Origin: Leptospiraceae bacterium
GTDB taxonomy: Bacteria; Spirochaetota; Leptospiria; Leptospirales; Leptonemataceae
Assembly (NCBI GenBank): GCA_040217195.1
Contig: JAVJNR010000008.1
Coordinates: 256,001 to 320,000, forward strand
Length of the DNA: 64,000 nt
Direction of reading: 5' to 3'
Under the pieces are notes generated by a model. It worked only from the letters and a program-made list of their open reading frames with translations, did no database searches and was not told the DNA's origin. A program made the position numbers and the translations under genes. Shown here piece after piece: positions 1-11,016 of the stretch; position 1 is the first letter of the stretch; every line of letters starts with the position of its first letter.

Positions 1-700
1 AGTTGTTTTTGGCCAGAAAACCCAGCTCTGGTGGGATCTTCCTGTGGGCGAAAGTTACGATTTACTTCGAACTATATATAGAATCCCGCAAAAAAGATAT
101 AAGCAGCGACTGGACTACTTTGTGGATCTGCTCAAGATGGAGGAGTTTCTGGGGCAACAGACAAGAAAACTCTCTCTGGGTCAGCGCATGCGGGCCGATC
201 TGGCAGCCTCTTTGCTGCATGATCCTCCTATTCTATTTCTGGATGAGCCGACCATCGGTCTGGACATCATCACCAAGGATGTGGTTCGCAAAACCATCAA
301 ACAGCTGAATCAGGAACAGAAGATTACCGTTGTTCTGACCACCCATGACATGGAAGATATTGAGTATCTGGCCAGCCGGCTCATTCTGCTGGATCGGGGA
401 CAGGTTCAGTACGATGGACAGCTGAAGGATTTCATTTCAAATTATCAAAAAGAGAAGGTGGTCAGCCTTCATCTAGAGCAAGAAACAGATGCCAGCTTTC
501 TTCTGGAACGAGGCTTTGATTTGATGACCGAACCCAGAGGACAATTCCTGGAGGTACGATTGAAGGTTGATGAAAGCGTAAGCAAATTGATTGCAACCCT
601 GACAGAACATGGGGCCAGGATTCAGGAAATCACGGTGGGCAAGCAGGATCTCACGGAAACTTTAAAGAAAATCTACGCTGGCAAGAACCTGGAGCTTTAA
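1..700 (+). CDS. ABC transporter ATP-binding protein (5' truncated by the window edge)
   Basis: LSLGQ signature, ILFLDEPT Walker B and LTTHD switch. Walker A lies upstream of the window. Confidence 0.92.
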   Translation, partial: VVFGQKTQLWWDLPVGESYDLLRTIYRIPQKRYKQRLDYFVDLLKMEEFLGQQTRKLSLGQRMRADLAASLLHDPPILFLDEPTIGLDIITKDVVRKTIKQLNQEQKITVVLTTHDMEDIEYLASRLILLDRGQVQYDGQLKDFISNYQKEKVVSLHLEQETDASFLLERGFDLMTEPRGQFLEVRLKVDESVSKLIATLTEHGARIQEITVGKQDLTETLKKIYAGKNLEL

Positions 701-701
701 T

Positions 702-1484
702 ATGGCCTATTTGAAGTTCGTATCCATGTCCTTTCAGAGGTCCCTGGCGTACCGTTTTGAATACTATACAGCACTTCTGAATGCATTTCTATACATCTTC
801 ATTTTCACCAGTGTATGGAAAGCGCTCATCCCTGAAGGGGAAACTGCAAACGGCCTGACCCGGGAAAACATGATAGCCTATGCTGTGTTATCTACTTTGA
901 TCAAATCCAGCTTTGGAAGAAATGATTCTCTGCTTTCACAAAAGGTGAAAAGCGGTGAGATTGCTGTGGATCTGATGAAGCCTTTTTCTTTTCCTTTAAT
1001 GTACCTTTCAGATACATTCGGATCCTCTCTGTTTCAGCTATTTGCCCGCTCATTTCCTTTGCTTTTATTTTGCATCTTCCTGTTTGGAATCAGCATTCCG
1101 GTGGATACAGGACTGCTAATTCAATTTCTGCCAGTCTACTTGATGGCCTTTTTGCTTTTCTTTTTGATGTCCTTTTTGATTAGTTCGTTTTCTTTTTTCT
1201 TCGTAGAGATTTTCCCTTTCTGGATTTTCTATTATGCTATGATTACTCTTTGCTCCGGGGCCATCATTCCTCTGGATTTTTTTCCTGAATGGCTGGTGGA
1301 AATACTTCTGAGTACTCCATTTCCGTATCTGTTCTATTTTCCCACAATGTTGCTTCTGGATCGATTGAGCATGCCCTATGAAATATTACTCTTACGATAC
1401 GTTATTCTTCTGCTTTCAGTGGGAGGGCTATGCTGGCTCAGCTATCATGGTGGATTGCGAAAGCTCAGTATTGCCGGAGGCTGA
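702..1484 (+). CDS. ABC-2 family permease (DUF990/ABC2_membrane_6-like)
   Basis: Hydrophobic multi-TM protein with the GEIAVDLMKP and PLDFFP motifs, 1 nt after the ATPase gene. Confidence 0.85.
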   Translation: MAYLKFVSMSFQRSLAYRFEYYTALLNAFLYIFIFTSVWKALIPEGETANGLTRENMIAYAVLSTLIKSSFGRNDSLLSQKVKSGEIAVDLMKPFSFPLMYLSDTFGSSLFQLFARSFPLLLFCIFLFGISIPVDTGLLIQFLPVYLMAFLLFFLMSFLISSFSFFFVEIFPFWIFYYAMITLCSGAIIPLDFFPEWLVEILLSTPFPYLFYFPTMLLLDRLSMPYEILLLRYVILLLSVGGLCWLSYHGGLRKLSIAGG

Positions 1485-1508
1485 CTCTGGCAATAAGGGA
1501 ATCATCCA

Positions 1509-2354
1509 ATGAGCGATGTAGTAGAAATCAAAGATAATGAAGCCAGCGAAACCTGGTCGGACTTTCGGTCCTATATGGCCATACTTCGTGCTGCGGTTCA
1601 AAGCAAGATGGAGTATCGGGGCAGCTTTGTAGCCTATATCTTTACTTTAATCGGATTCTACGGAGCTCAGGTTAGCGTAATAGCCTTGATGCTCAATCGA
1701 TTCAAGCAAATGGGTGGCTGGCAACCTGGTGAGGTGGCATTCCTTTATTCAATGCTACTACTATGTAACGGAGTCGTAAGCGCTGTATTCTCCGGTATGA
1801 CGGAATTCTCGGAACTGGTTCGGGAGGGTACCTTTGATCGTGTTATGCTTCGCCCACTTTCGGAGCTCGGTCAAATCCTGGCGATGAAATTTGAACCAGG
1901 AGGAGTGGCGCATTTAATACTGGGCCTGGCGGCTCTGGTAGTGGCAGACAGCATGATTCAGCTGGACTGGGATCTGTTCAAAGTGGCCTTCCTCACGGGA
2001 AGCATTCTTGGCGGAGTGTTTATACTGGCCGGGATTCGCATCATCATCGCTGCTGTATCATTCTTTGCTATTAAGAATCAAGGGCTTCAACACCTGCTTG
2101 TATTTTCTGCAAGAGAATTCTTAATGTATCCAGTTCACATCTACAGCTTTCCGGTGCGGGTTTTGCTGACTTTCATGTTTCCCATCGCATTTGTTAATTT
2201 CTACCCGGCGCATTTCTTTCTGGATCGTACGGGGCAGACGCTTTTTCATCCGTATCTTGCCTATATGAGTCTTCCCATTGGCATACTGGTTCTGGTTCTA
2301 TCCCTGGCTTTCTGGCGTTTCGGTGTGAATCGATACTCCAGCACCGGAAGCTAG
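1509..2354 (+). CDS. ABC-2 family permease, second subunit
   Basis: GTFDRVMLRP, YPVHIY and C-terminal RYSSTGS motifs typical of the paired permease. Confidence 0.85.
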   Translation: MSDVVEIKDNEASETWSDFRSYMAILRAAVQSKMEYRGSFVAYIFTLIGFYGAQVSVIALMLNRFKQMGGWQPGEVAFLYSMLLLCNGVVSAVFSGMTEFSELVREGTFDRVMLRPLSELGQILAMKFEPGGVAHLILGLAALVVADSMIQLDWDLFKVAFLTGSILGGVFILAGIRIIIAAVSFFAIKNQGLQHLLVFSAREFLMYPVHIYSFPVRVLLTFMFPIAFVNFYPAHFFLDRTGQTLFHPYLAYMSLPIGILVLVLSLAFWRFGVNRYSSTGS

Positions 2355-2509
2355 GTCTGGCACCAGGCGGTCTTATGGCCGATGAACGGAAGCTATCGCG
2401 TCTTTGAAGTCAATGAATGAGATTCCAGATATGCGAACTGTTTTTGTATGGCCGTTCTTGCCTGAATACAACCGCACTATCATAGGAGCCAGGCGGCTCC
2501 AGATGCTCT

Positions 2510-3937
2510 ATGAGTGAATCTGTCCAAATAGCACTGGAATCGAAACCGAATGAGGCCCGGAAAATCCTGTCCTGTCTGGGAGACTGGTATACGAAACACC
2601 ATCGAAAGTTACCATTTAGAACCAATGTGCACTGGTACAGGACTCTGGTTTCCGAGGTCATGCTTCAGCAAACCAGGGTTCAGGCCATGCTACCAGCCTA
2701 TCAGACTTTCATGGAGCGTTTTCCGGATGTGCATAGCCTTGCAAGGGCTTCGCAATCCGATGTACTGGAGCACTGGGCCGGTCTGGGCTACTACAGTCGG
2801 GCCAGAAATCTACACAGCTGCGCCAGGCAAATTGTGCAAAATCATGGAGCCTCCTTTCCAGCCGATGCAAAGCAAGCCCTGGCCCTTCCCGGGATTGGCC
2901 CCTACACAGCTGCAGCAGTGAGAAGCATAGCCCTGGAAATTCCAGACCCGGTAATCGACGGAAATGTAATTCGCGTACTCAGCCGGATATTCTTAAAGCA
3001 TTCTCAAGATCATCACTGTGTGTCATTGGATTCCAGAGAGGATTCTAAATCGGATAGCTTCCGAATTGTCGAAAAAGACTATGTTCGAGCGGCCAATTCC
3101 ATGGCCAGTTCTCTGATGGAATGCAGTCCGCTCAGGCCTTCAGTGCATAACCAGGCGATTATGGAACTGGGAGCTTTGATATGTACTCCTGGTTTGCCTT
3201 CCTGCATGCAATGTCCTGTGAAACATAGCTGCTCCAGTTTTCAGGCCGGTGGAGCTGCCCTGGCATCTACTGTTCCGCCTCTAAAGAAAGTTCCCAGGCA
3301 GGATCTATTTCTGGAAGTATACTGGATTTCGATCAATGAACAGGCAATGCTGATCAAAAACGGATCCAGACCTCTTTTCCGCAATGACTGGTTTCTTCCC
3401 TGTCGAATCCGAAGTAACGACGGTTTGATATACTCGGATTTTATAGAGCAGAAGCTTTCTTCTTTTCTCGGCGGTATTGGATCGAAGCAAAAGAAAGCTA
3501 ACGAATCGGCAAACCTGGAGCTACGCAAATTCAAACATTCCATTATGAATTACAGAATTCAAGGAGAGTTACTTTCCATCGCTCTGTCCTTCAAACAGGC
3601 AAAGCTACTTCTGAAGGAATGGTCCGAAAAAGAACGTTTGATCCAGAATGAAAATTCCTCCGCAACCCGCTCCAGGTCTGTGGCCGAAGCCAGGCCTGAA
3701 TATGCCAGGCAGAGAGGCAAAGCGAAGAAGTCCTCTGCCGCGCTACTTCAGTCCAACTCCGTAACCACCAGGAACTCTAAAAAGAAATATGAACCGGTTT
3801 CGCAGAAAGATGAGATAGATACCTTGAACGCATCGCAAATTAAACAATACGTCATGGTGGAGCCCAGAGAAGTGCCCAGGTTCTGTCCATCTTCAATTAT
3901 CAAGAAAGCAATTCCAGGAATTTTCGAGGATTCCTGA
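2510..3937 (+). CDS. mutY: A/G-specific adenine glycosylase MutY
   Basis: SEVMLQQT, WAGLGYYSRARNL, HhH LPGIGPYTA, DGNVIRV and Fe-S motif CTPGLPSCMQCPVKHSC. The C-terminal part is divergent with a low-complexity insert. Confidence 0.9.
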   Translation: MSESVQIALESKPNEARKILSCLGDWYTKHHRKLPFRTNVHWYRTLVSEVMLQQTRVQAMLPAYQTFMERFPDVHSLARASQSDVLEHWAGLGYYSRARNLHSCARQIVQNHGASFPADAKQALALPGIGPYTAAAVRSIALEIPDPVIDGNVIRVLSRIFLKHSQDHHCVSLDSREDSKSDSFRIVEKDYVRAANSMASSLMECSPLRPSVHNQAIMELGALICTPGLPSCMQCPVKHSCSSFQAGGAALASTVPPLKKVPRQDLFLEVYWISINEQAMLIKNGSRPLFRNDWFLPCRIRSNDGLIYSDFIEQKLSSFLGGIGSKQKKANESANLELRKFKHSIMNYRIQGELLSIALSFKQAKLLLKEWSEKERLIQNENSSATRSRSVAEARPEYARQRGKAKKSSAALLQSNSVTTRNSKKKYEPVSQKDEIDTLNASQIKQYVMVEPREVPRFCPSSIIKKAIPGIFEDS

Positions 3938-5816
3938 GATAGCGAGCTTGCCGAATCCTTCGGGGATTATGCAGTAGGTACGAGATCTCCAGACCAAATA
4001 GAAGAATTTGAACTGTAGAAAGAAGTACGATCATCCCCAGAGGAATGGCCACGTAAACCCCATATAGAGCTGCCGTAGTGCTGGACTTACCTACGATTAT
4101 ACGAAAGGCCAGAAAGAAACCTACAATGCATAAAGCTGAAAAAAGCGATCCGCCAAAGGCAGCCCTCCAGCTCACATCTGCATTGGGAAGCGCTCTAAAG
4201 AGCAAGGCCAGTACCAACCAGACAAGGAGCAATGCCTGAGCGTAGAATAGAGTCTGCAAGAAGTAGGTCACGGTACGCGAATAACGGGACTGAGGCCCTC
4301 TATCAAAAATCGCCTTTTGACCCACCGGAGCCCCGCTCTCATTGTAGAGGGTTTCGGTACCCATAAATCTAAACTGCCCGGTATAGCGTCCACTTCCGGC
4401 AAGAAACAGATATCCTTCGGAACGAGCATGGCTCAGGATTTCTGTATCCTCTAACTGCAGATCCGATGGAATCCAGGTTCTACCACCATCGGTGCTGATT
4501 CGCACCATCCCATCCGCTCCATAAAGAAAAGCCGGTCCACTGGTTCCCAGCATCAGGCCTCCCTGGCCAGCAGATCCGCTTTCAAAAAGAGGCGGATAGA
4601 TTCTCTGACCTTCGACAGTATCCAGCCATAACATTCCGGAGCGCGACATGAATACCAGATCGCCCCGCGCATTCTTATGAATGGACTGAATCAATTCATT
4701 TCTATTTCCAAAACTGGCATTGATGGGCAGGCTCCAGCTAAAGCCCTGATCTCTGGACACTCTATATTTCCCGTTTCCGCCGGCGTAGATTCCGTCCGGT
4801 AATACGTTCAAAGAACGATAAGCGCTTTCCAGGGGATTCATATCTATGATGGACAGATCTCTTCTGGACAGTACCAGTAAGGTGGATTGAAGTCCATCGC
4901 CTGTTAGCAAGACAACACGATCCGGTAGCAGTACCACATCTTCAATCAATGCATTTCGTAGCGCAGATTCAGTCTTTACAAGATATCTGCGAAAATCCCA
5001 GGTTATACCCCCGTCTTCGGAGTAGATGAGCAGACCGGACTCTGTGCTTACCAGGAAATAATCTCCATCGATTCTGAGATTCCTGAATTCTTGAATCTCG
5101 GTCAGAGTAGGTCGGTCCAGGGGAGTCAAACTGCTATCCGGACTGATTTTATTTATGATCCGGTTGGATCCTGGATCGTAGATGCGTTCCCGGAAAGGAG
5201 CATCCAGATTCAAGGCATCCATGACCTTTCGCTCCTGTTTTCCATCGATGGAATGTTCCTGGAGTACTCCGGTGGATTCTAAATAATAAAGGTTACCATT
5301 TGTAAAATCCAGGTCTACGTAGGCAGGGGGCGAAAGGGCGGCCACCGTTTGACGATACAGCCCGCTACCGCCAAAGATCAAAGCAGGCAGAATTACAAAA
5401 GAAGCTATATAAATGGCAAAGCGAAATAGAATGGGCCGATCAGGAGCTCGAAATACATGGTTACAGGCATCTTCCAGGTGACGGATCAGATTGTTGGCAG
5501 AATAGAGAACGAACAATGTTCCGACACCTGCAATGGCATTGGCTCTGGCCAGGATCTCATCCAGCATTACCAGTAATCGAACCGACTCTGTGATTCCGTA
5601 CGCTGCCAGCAATCTTGCTATCTGGATTTGCAGGCTGGCTCGATCGATGGATGCAAATTTAACCAGCATGGCCAGAGCCGGTATCAATGCAAGTACCGCT
5701 GCATAGGCCACTGCATTGGCCCGTACCACAAGGCCATCGCGTAAAAACCTTTGAAAGGAGCTTTCCAGCAAATCAAGCAGGGCCAGAAATAAGGAGCCTA
5801 CTTTTCTCAAGGGCAT
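3900..5816 (-). CDS. YihY/BrkB-family membrane protein with a large inserted beta-propeller (BNR/Asp-box) domain
   Basis: YihY-like TM segments at both ends (RANAVAY; ALPNADVSW...ALYG) flank SEDGGITW, SRDQGFSW and STDGGRTW Asp-box repeats. Confidence 0.75.
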   Translation of the reverse strand: MPLRKVGSLFLALLDLLESSFQRFLRDGLVVRANAVAYAAVLALIPALAMLVKFASIDRASLQIQIARLLAAYGITESVRLLVMLDEILARANAIAGVGTLFVLYSANNLIRHLEDACNHVFRAPDRPILFRFAIYIASFVILPALIFGGSGLYRQTVAALSPPAYVDLDFTNGNLYYLESTGVLQEHSIDGKQERKVMDALNLDAPFRERIYDPGSNRIINKISPDSSLTPLDRPTLTEIQEFRNLRIDGDYFLVSTESGLLIYSEDGGITWDFRRYLVKTESALRNALIEDVVLLPDRVVLLTGDGLQSTLLVLSRRDLSIIDMNPLESAYRSLNVLPDGIYAGGNGKYRVSRDQGFSWSLPINASFGNRNELIQSIHKNARGDLVFMSRSGMLWLDTVEGQRIYPPLFESGSAGQGGLMLGTSGPAFLYGADGMVRISTDGGRTWIPSDLQLEDTEILSHARSEGYLFLAGSGRYTGQFRFMGTETLYNESGAPVGQKAIFDRGPQSRYSRTVTYFLQTLFYAQALLLVWLVLALLFRALPNADVSWRAAFGGSLFSALCIVGFFLAFRIIVGKSSTTAALYGVYVAIPLGMIVLLSTVQILLFGLEISYLLHNPRRIRQARYLRNPRKFLELLS

Positions 5817-6526
5817 GTGTGATCGCCTGCCTCTGAGTGTGCAAAATAGTTTCGATGGCCCACTTGAATACTGCGGATGCAGAGTTCTGCACCGCCGGGA
5901 GCATTTCCATGGATCTGACCTCCTACTGGCATGGAGAAAATCAAACGAACCCAGACATTATAGAATCCATCCGGAAACCCGGCAGATTCAGCGAATGGTT
6001 CCAGATCCAGAGGAAATCTCTGGGAGCTCCGGTTGTTCAGATTAAACTCAAATGTACTCCAGAGTTCCGGCGCATCAGGTATTCTGTACTGACGGTCCAC
6101 ATCATAGAGCTTTTGACGGAACAGCTGTACCCGCACTCGTGCAGGCTGAACCGAATGTTCTGAATTGCAGAAAACAATATTGATAAAGGAAAAATCCTGG
6201 GTTGTGGGCGGATGGCCTGCGCCGTGGCTTAAACCAAGCTCTCCAGACAGAGTCGGGTTTGCGTAATTCGGGATAGTGGAACGGTTCTCAGCCGGCAATG
6301 CAGTGGCCTGAAGATCTGCCTGGCTCAATGGCTCGCGAAAGCAACTGGAAGGATTATTATCAAATGCATTTTCTGGATCCAGACCTGGATATAGATCCTT
6401 CAGGATCAGACTGTACTGGCTGAAGGCCCGGGGATTTTCAAACGATTTCAGGTAGTTGTGATCTCCACCGGCGCTCATAGCCAGACGTACATGCACGAAC
6501 AGGAATCCCCCCATTGTGATGAACAT
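5807..6526 (-). CDS. Hypothetical membrane-anchored or exported protein
   Basis: Long ORF overlapping the YihY start by 10 nt. The ORF track extends it to 6802, but that part overlaps the opposite-strand gene, so the start is placed near the hydrophobic MFITMGG segment and is uncertain. Confidence 0.5.
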   Translation of the reverse strand: MFITMGGFLFVHVRLAMSAGGDHNYLKSFENPRAFSQYSLILKDLYPGLDPENAFDNNPSSCFREPLSQADLQATALPAENRSTIPNYANPTLSGELGLSHGAGHPPTTQDFSFINIVFCNSEHSVQPARVRVQLFRQKLYDVDRQYRIPDAPELWSTFEFNLNNRSSQRFPLDLEPFAESAGFPDGFYNVWVRLIFSMPVGGQIHGNAPGGAELCIRSIQVGHRNYFAHSEAGDHTCP

Positions 6527-6607
6527 AATGATTAATTTTTCCCTGCTGGACAACGCCTTACCTCTGCCAGAACTTGTCTGAGTCCGCGATAGCGGTTTGC
6601 AGGAAGA

Positions 6608-8113
6608 ATGCTTTCCGGGTCCACATCTATGCAATCCTTTTCCGTTCAGCAACAGGGGTATAGCCACCGATTGAGTTTTGCAGGCGGGGCCATCATGATT
6701 GTTGGTTCGGCCATGTCTATCAGTCTGGTGAGCCTGGGCGGCTTTCTGGCCGTCATCGGATGGATCTGGGAAGTGCTGGAACGACGAAGAGTTCAGCCTC
6801 AACTTTCCAATTCAGTCCAGGTTTCAGGATGGCAGATCCCGGCCCCTTTCTGGTGGGGATTCGGTCTATTCGCCTGGCTTGGACTATCCCTTCTGCTTCG
6901 TTCCCTGGCTGCCTGGGCCGATCTACTGGACAATTCATTGATGCCCTCCGGAGACTTCCAGGCATTTATATGGCATCTTCAGCAGGGCTGGAATAAAGAG
7001 TTTAAGGATGTATTTTTGATTCTGGCCGGACTCTGGACCTACACCCATAGCCGAGATGGCCGAAGTCGGCGCTGGTTACTGCGCTGCTTTTTCTGGGCCG
7101 GAATCATATTGCTTGTAGCTGGCTTCATTTCTGTATTCACAGAGTTCAGACTGGCCAAAATCCCTCAATATATTCAGAATGATTGGCAGGACTCGCCGGA
7201 TGCCAGACTGCAGCATCATGTGGGCAGCATTCCTCTGGCCGGCCGTGTAATTCATCTATTTATGCCCATCGGGCTTTTGAATACCCATCTGACCTATGCG
7301 GCTCTGGCCGGTGTATTTTTTCTATTTCTGGCCTTTTCTCTGGCCAGCCGTTATGTATTAAATCCTCTATCCAGTCTAAAAACGAAACCATTCTGGATAG
7401 GCGCTGGTGCCTTCCTGATACTCAGTCTGGTACTGTATCTAAATGGCGGCCGCAGCGCTTTGCTGGGAACGGTACTGTCCGCCGTTCTGGGATTATACTG
7501 GTTTACTCGCTCACGCTGGAAAAAGAAGGCCCGGGCTCTCTGGCTACCGGTGGGAGGAATTCTGGCTATTGGGGTACTGGGAACATTGAGCCTGGTAGTG
7601 CTGGATAGTAGTGAAGGGCGAATGAAAGAAATCGCCACAGCAAATACAGGCGAGGAAAAACATACAGACTATCAAAGGTTAATGGTCTGGGATGCGGCCG
7701 CAGAAATGGCTGTGCGATATCCGCTCACCGGCGTGGGCCCGGGCGGTTTTGAAGATTTTGTACGTCTCGATATTTTGCTTACAGGAAAGGCTCAGCCCTA
7801 TCTATATTATCCATACGCATTGATTCAAAGAGGCCATGCGCATAACGATCTACTGAATTTTGCGGCGATTGGTGGACTACCGGCCGCACTTCTATTTCTA
7901 TGTTTCTGGGGTTCAGTCATCCTTGCCATTCTGAATTCTGGAGGTCGGGCTCGTTTATGGCGCTTCGGACTTCTGATTGTATTCTTTGGTGGCTGGTTCC
8001 AGTGCTTCTTTCTGGACGATGAGGTTATGGTGCCTTTCTGGGCTCTTCTGGGACTGGTGCTTCCGGGAAAGAAAAGGATGACCACAGAGTCGGTAGGCAT
8101 GAAATCGGAATGA
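6608..8113 (+). CDS. O-antigen ligase (Wzy_C/WaaL) family protein
   Basis: Multi-TM protein with GRSALLG, R-x-x-x-W, P-L-T-G-V-G-P-G-G-F and HAHNDLL motifs. The exact start is uncertain. Confidence 0.8.
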   Translation: MLSGSTSMQSFSVQQQGYSHRLSFAGGAIMIVGSAMSISLVSLGGFLAVIGWIWEVLERRRVQPQLSNSVQVSGWQIPAPFWWGFGLFAWLGLSLLLRSLAAWADLLDNSLMPSGDFQAFIWHLQQGWNKEFKDVFLILAGLWTYTHSRDGRSRRWLLRCFFWAGIILLVAGFISVFTEFRLAKIPQYIQNDWQDSPDARLQHHVGSIPLAGRVIHLFMPIGLLNTHLTYAALAGVFFLFLAFSLASRYVLNPLSSLKTKPFWIGAGAFLILSLVLYLNGGRSALLGTVLSAVLGLYWFTRSRWKKKARALWLPVGGILAIGVLGTLSLVVLDSSEGRMKEIATANTGEEKHTDYQRLMVWDAAAEMAVRYPLTGVGPGGFEDFVRLDILLTGKAQPYLYYPYALIQRGHAHNDLLNFAAIGGLPAALLFLCFWGSVILAILNSGGRARLWRFGLLIVFFGGWFQCFFLDDEVMVPFWALLGLVLPGKKRMTTESVGMKSE

Positions 8114-8190
8114 GACTGCCGGTCTCCAGTCTCCTGGATTGACTTCGGTTGCGACGCAGCCTGATCGAGACCCACAGATTTGAGGAATAT

Positions 8191-11016
8191 ATGTTCGGTA
8201 AGATTGTAAAACTTGTGGTTGGAACCAAGCATGAGCGCGATATCAAGCGCATGCTTCCTGTAGTGGAGCAGATAAATGCTCTGGAACCGGAAATGCAGAA
8301 ACTAGAGCTTTCTGACTTCCCCCGTAAAAGCGAAGAATTCAAGAAACGAGTAAAGGAGGGGGAATCTCTGGACGATTTGCTGCCGGAAGCATTCGCCCTG
8401 GTAAGAGAGGCCGCCTGGCGAAGCCTTGGTCTCCGGCACTTTGACGTTCAGCTTATGGGTGGCATGGTTCTGCATGGTGGCAGAATTGCAGAAATGAAAA
8501 CCGGTGAGGGTAAGACCCTTACATCGACTCTGACGGTTTATCTAAATGCTCTGTCTGGAAACGGTGTCCATGTAGTAACAGTAAATGATTACCTGGCCCG
8601 CCGGGATGCAGCCTGGATGAAGCCTGTATTTGATCTACTGGGCGTATCTGTGGGAGTCATTCAACATGAAATGAATCCGGATCAGCGTAAGGCTGCCTAC
8701 AGCTCGGATATAACCTACGGTACGAATAACGAATTTGGCTTTGATTTTCTACGCGATAACATGGTCTCGGAACTGGAGTTTCGGGTACAGCGGGGCTTCA
8801 ACTATGCCATTGTGGATGAGGTGGACTCCATCCTCATCGATGAAGCTCGAACCCCTCTCATTATTTCTGGTCCGGCCGATGAGAATACGGATAAATACAA
8901 CCGTCTGGACAAAGCCATTCGGCAGTTGCTTCGAGAGGAAGAGAAAGCCCCGGCGCCCGAGCCAAAGGAAGTGGAACCTGGAAAAGAAGAGCCTCATGTA
9001 ATCTTTGGCTGGTTCTTCGATATCGATGAAAAGTCCAGAAATGTACTGCTCACGGAAGATGGCGTTAAACGGGTTGAAGAACTACTGGGGGTGGAAAACC
9101 TCTATGCTCCGGAGAACGTGGAGCTTGTAGCTCATACAAGCCAGGCTTTAAAAGCTCATTTAATATTCAAAGATGAAGTGGACTATGTAGTTAGAGATGG
9201 AGAAGTCATAATCGTCGATGAGCATACCGGTCGGATGATGGAAGGCCGGCGTTATTCCGATGGGCTTCACCAGGCGATCGAAGCGAAGGAAGGAGTAACT
9301 ATCAAGCAGGAAACTCAAACCCTTGCATCGGTCACATTCCAGAATTTCTTCAGGCTCTACAAAAAGCTGTCCGGGATGACCGGTACAGCGGATACAGAAG
9401 CGGAGGAGTTTCGCAAGATTTACGGCCTGGAAGTTGTGGTGGTGCCTACCAATGAGCCGGTTCGCAGGGCGGATTTCCCTGACCGAGTCTATCGAACAGA
9501 GCAAGAGAAGTTTGAAGCGATTGCCAAAGACATAGAGTTATGCATTGAGAACAAGCAGCCGGTGCTTGTGGGAACAGTATCAATTGAGAAGTCGGAACTT
9601 CTGGCCGGTCTGCTGAGAAAGTATAATATCCCGCATAATGTTCTAAATGCAAAACAACATCAGCGTGAAGCTGAGATTGTTGAGAATGCAGGTAAACCGG
9701 GCGCCGTAACCGTGGCCACGAACATGGCCGGACGCGGAACCGACATCGTTCTGGGTGGTGCACCACTATATCTCAGAGATCTGGATAACATGGAGGAAAC
9801 AGAGCCGGCCGTTGAAAAATTCAAAGAAGCCCTCCTAAAAAAGCAGTTCGATCGAGCCAAAGAAGAAGCTGCCCGGATCTCCGGTAGTGCCGCAAGCAAG
9901 CAGGCCCGAGAGGTCCTGGATCGAGCGAATATCTGGCTGGGCTTTCATAATCAGGTCAAAGATGCAGGCGGACTGCATATCATAGGCACAGAGCGCCACG
10001 AATCCCGCCGAATCGATAATCAGCTTCGCGGACGATCTGGACGTCAGGGGGACCCCGGGTCCAGCCGTTTCTATCTTAGCCTGGAAGACAACCTGATGAG
10101 GTTGTTCGGAGGCCCTCGAATCATGGGCTTGATGGAACGTCTGGGAATGACGGATGGTCAGGAACTGGAAGCCGGTATGGTGGACCGGGCCATTGCTCGA
10201 GCTCAGAAGCGAGTGGAAAGCCATAACTTTGATATTAGAAAGCATCTTCTGGAATACGATGATGTGATGAACCGCCAAAGAGAAATCATCTATGGAGAGC
10301 GGGACAAAGTTCTGGAGCAGGATAGCATTCGGGACACTGTTCTGGAATGGACCGAGGAAGTTCTGGAGCAAAAAATCCTGGAACACTGCGATACAAACGA
10401 TCCCACCCGTTGGGACCTGGCCAGCCTGGAAGAATGGTTGCTCAATGGCCTGGGTCTTAAAATGGAACTCGGATCCGATGACTTTAAGACAAGTAAAGAT
10501 CCCCAGGCAGCTATATTCGAGCAAATCAACGAAGAAGCACAGAAATTCTATGCGGAGCGCGTAGAGTCTGTGGGCGAAGAGAACTTCAGATACATAGAAA
10601 AACGAATCGCAATCGATATTCTGGATGCACGGTGGAAAGAGCATTTGTATCAAATGGACCATCTGCGTGAAGGTATCTGGGCTTCGTCCTACTCAGAGAA
10701 GAATCCTCTGGTGGAATACAAGCTACAGGGATTTCGTATATTTGATGCCGTCATGGATACGGTAAAGGCCCAGATTGTAGAATTTCTGTTCCGGGTTCAA
10801 ATTGAAGGTCCGGTGGAGCAGAATCAATCCCGTAGAAGAAACCTGGGTACGGCCCGTCACGATACAATGGAGAGTTTTGAAGCTCCGGCCCGCGGACAGG
10901 CGCCCGGACAAATCGCAGGCGCTGATAACGGTCAGAGGAGCGGCCCTGCACCGGCTGTAGTATCCGGAGGAGGAGCCTCCAAACGCAAAGGATCACGGAG
11001 AAGGAAGCGTAAATAG
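8191..11016 (+). CDS. secA: Preprotein translocase ATPase SecA
   Basis: [36 protein letters not shown] and [21 protein letters not shown] before ATG 8191. No C-terminal CPCGSG zinc motif. Confidence 0.98.
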   Translation: MFGKIVKLVVGTKHERDIKRMLPVVEQINALEPEMQKLELSDFPRKSEEFKKRVKEGESLDDLLPEAFALVREAAWRSLGLRHFDVQLMGGMVLHGGRIAEMKTGEGKTLTSTLTVYLNALSGNGVHVVTVNDYLARRDAAWMKPVFDLLGVSVGVIQHEMNPDQRKAAYSSDITYGTNNEFGFDFLRDNMVSELEFRVQRGFNYAIVDEVDSILIDEARTPLIISGPADENTDKYNRLDKAIRQLLREEEKAPAPEPKEVEPGKEEPHVIFGWFFDIDEKSRNVLLTEDGVKRVEELLGVENLYAPENVELVAHTSQALKAHLIFKDEVDYVVRDGEVIIVDEHTGRMMEGRRYSDGLHQAIEAKEGVTIKQETQTLASVTFQNFFRLYKKLSGMTGTADTEAEEFRKIYGLEVVVVPTNEPVRRADFPDRVYRTEQEKFEAIAKDIELCIENKQPVLVGTVSIEKSELLAGLLRKYNIPHNVLNAKQHQREAEIVENAGKPGAVTVATNMAGRGTDIVLGGAPLYLRDLDNMEETEPAVEKFKEALLKKQFDRAKEEAARISGSAASKQAREVLDRANIWLGFHNQVKDAGGLHIIGTERHESRRIDNQLRGRSGRQGDPGSSRFYLSLEDNLMRLFGGPRIMGLMERLGMTDGQELEAGMVDRAIARAQKRVESHNFDIRKHLLEYDDVMNRQREIIYGERDKVLEQDSIRDTVLEWTEEVLEQKILEHCDTNDPTRWDLASLEEWLLNGLGLKMELGSDDFKTSKDPQAAIFEQINEEAQKFYAERVESVGEENFRYIEKRIAIDILDARWKEHLYQMDHLREGIWASSYSEKNPLVEYKLQGFRIFDAVMDTVKAQIVEFLFRVQIEGPVEQNQSRRRNLGTARHDTMESFEAPARGQAPGQIAGADNGQRSGPAPAVVSGGGASKRKGSRRRKRK

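Noticed and set aside
9835..10662. 275-aa minus-strand ORF
   Set aside because: Antisense shadow of secA.
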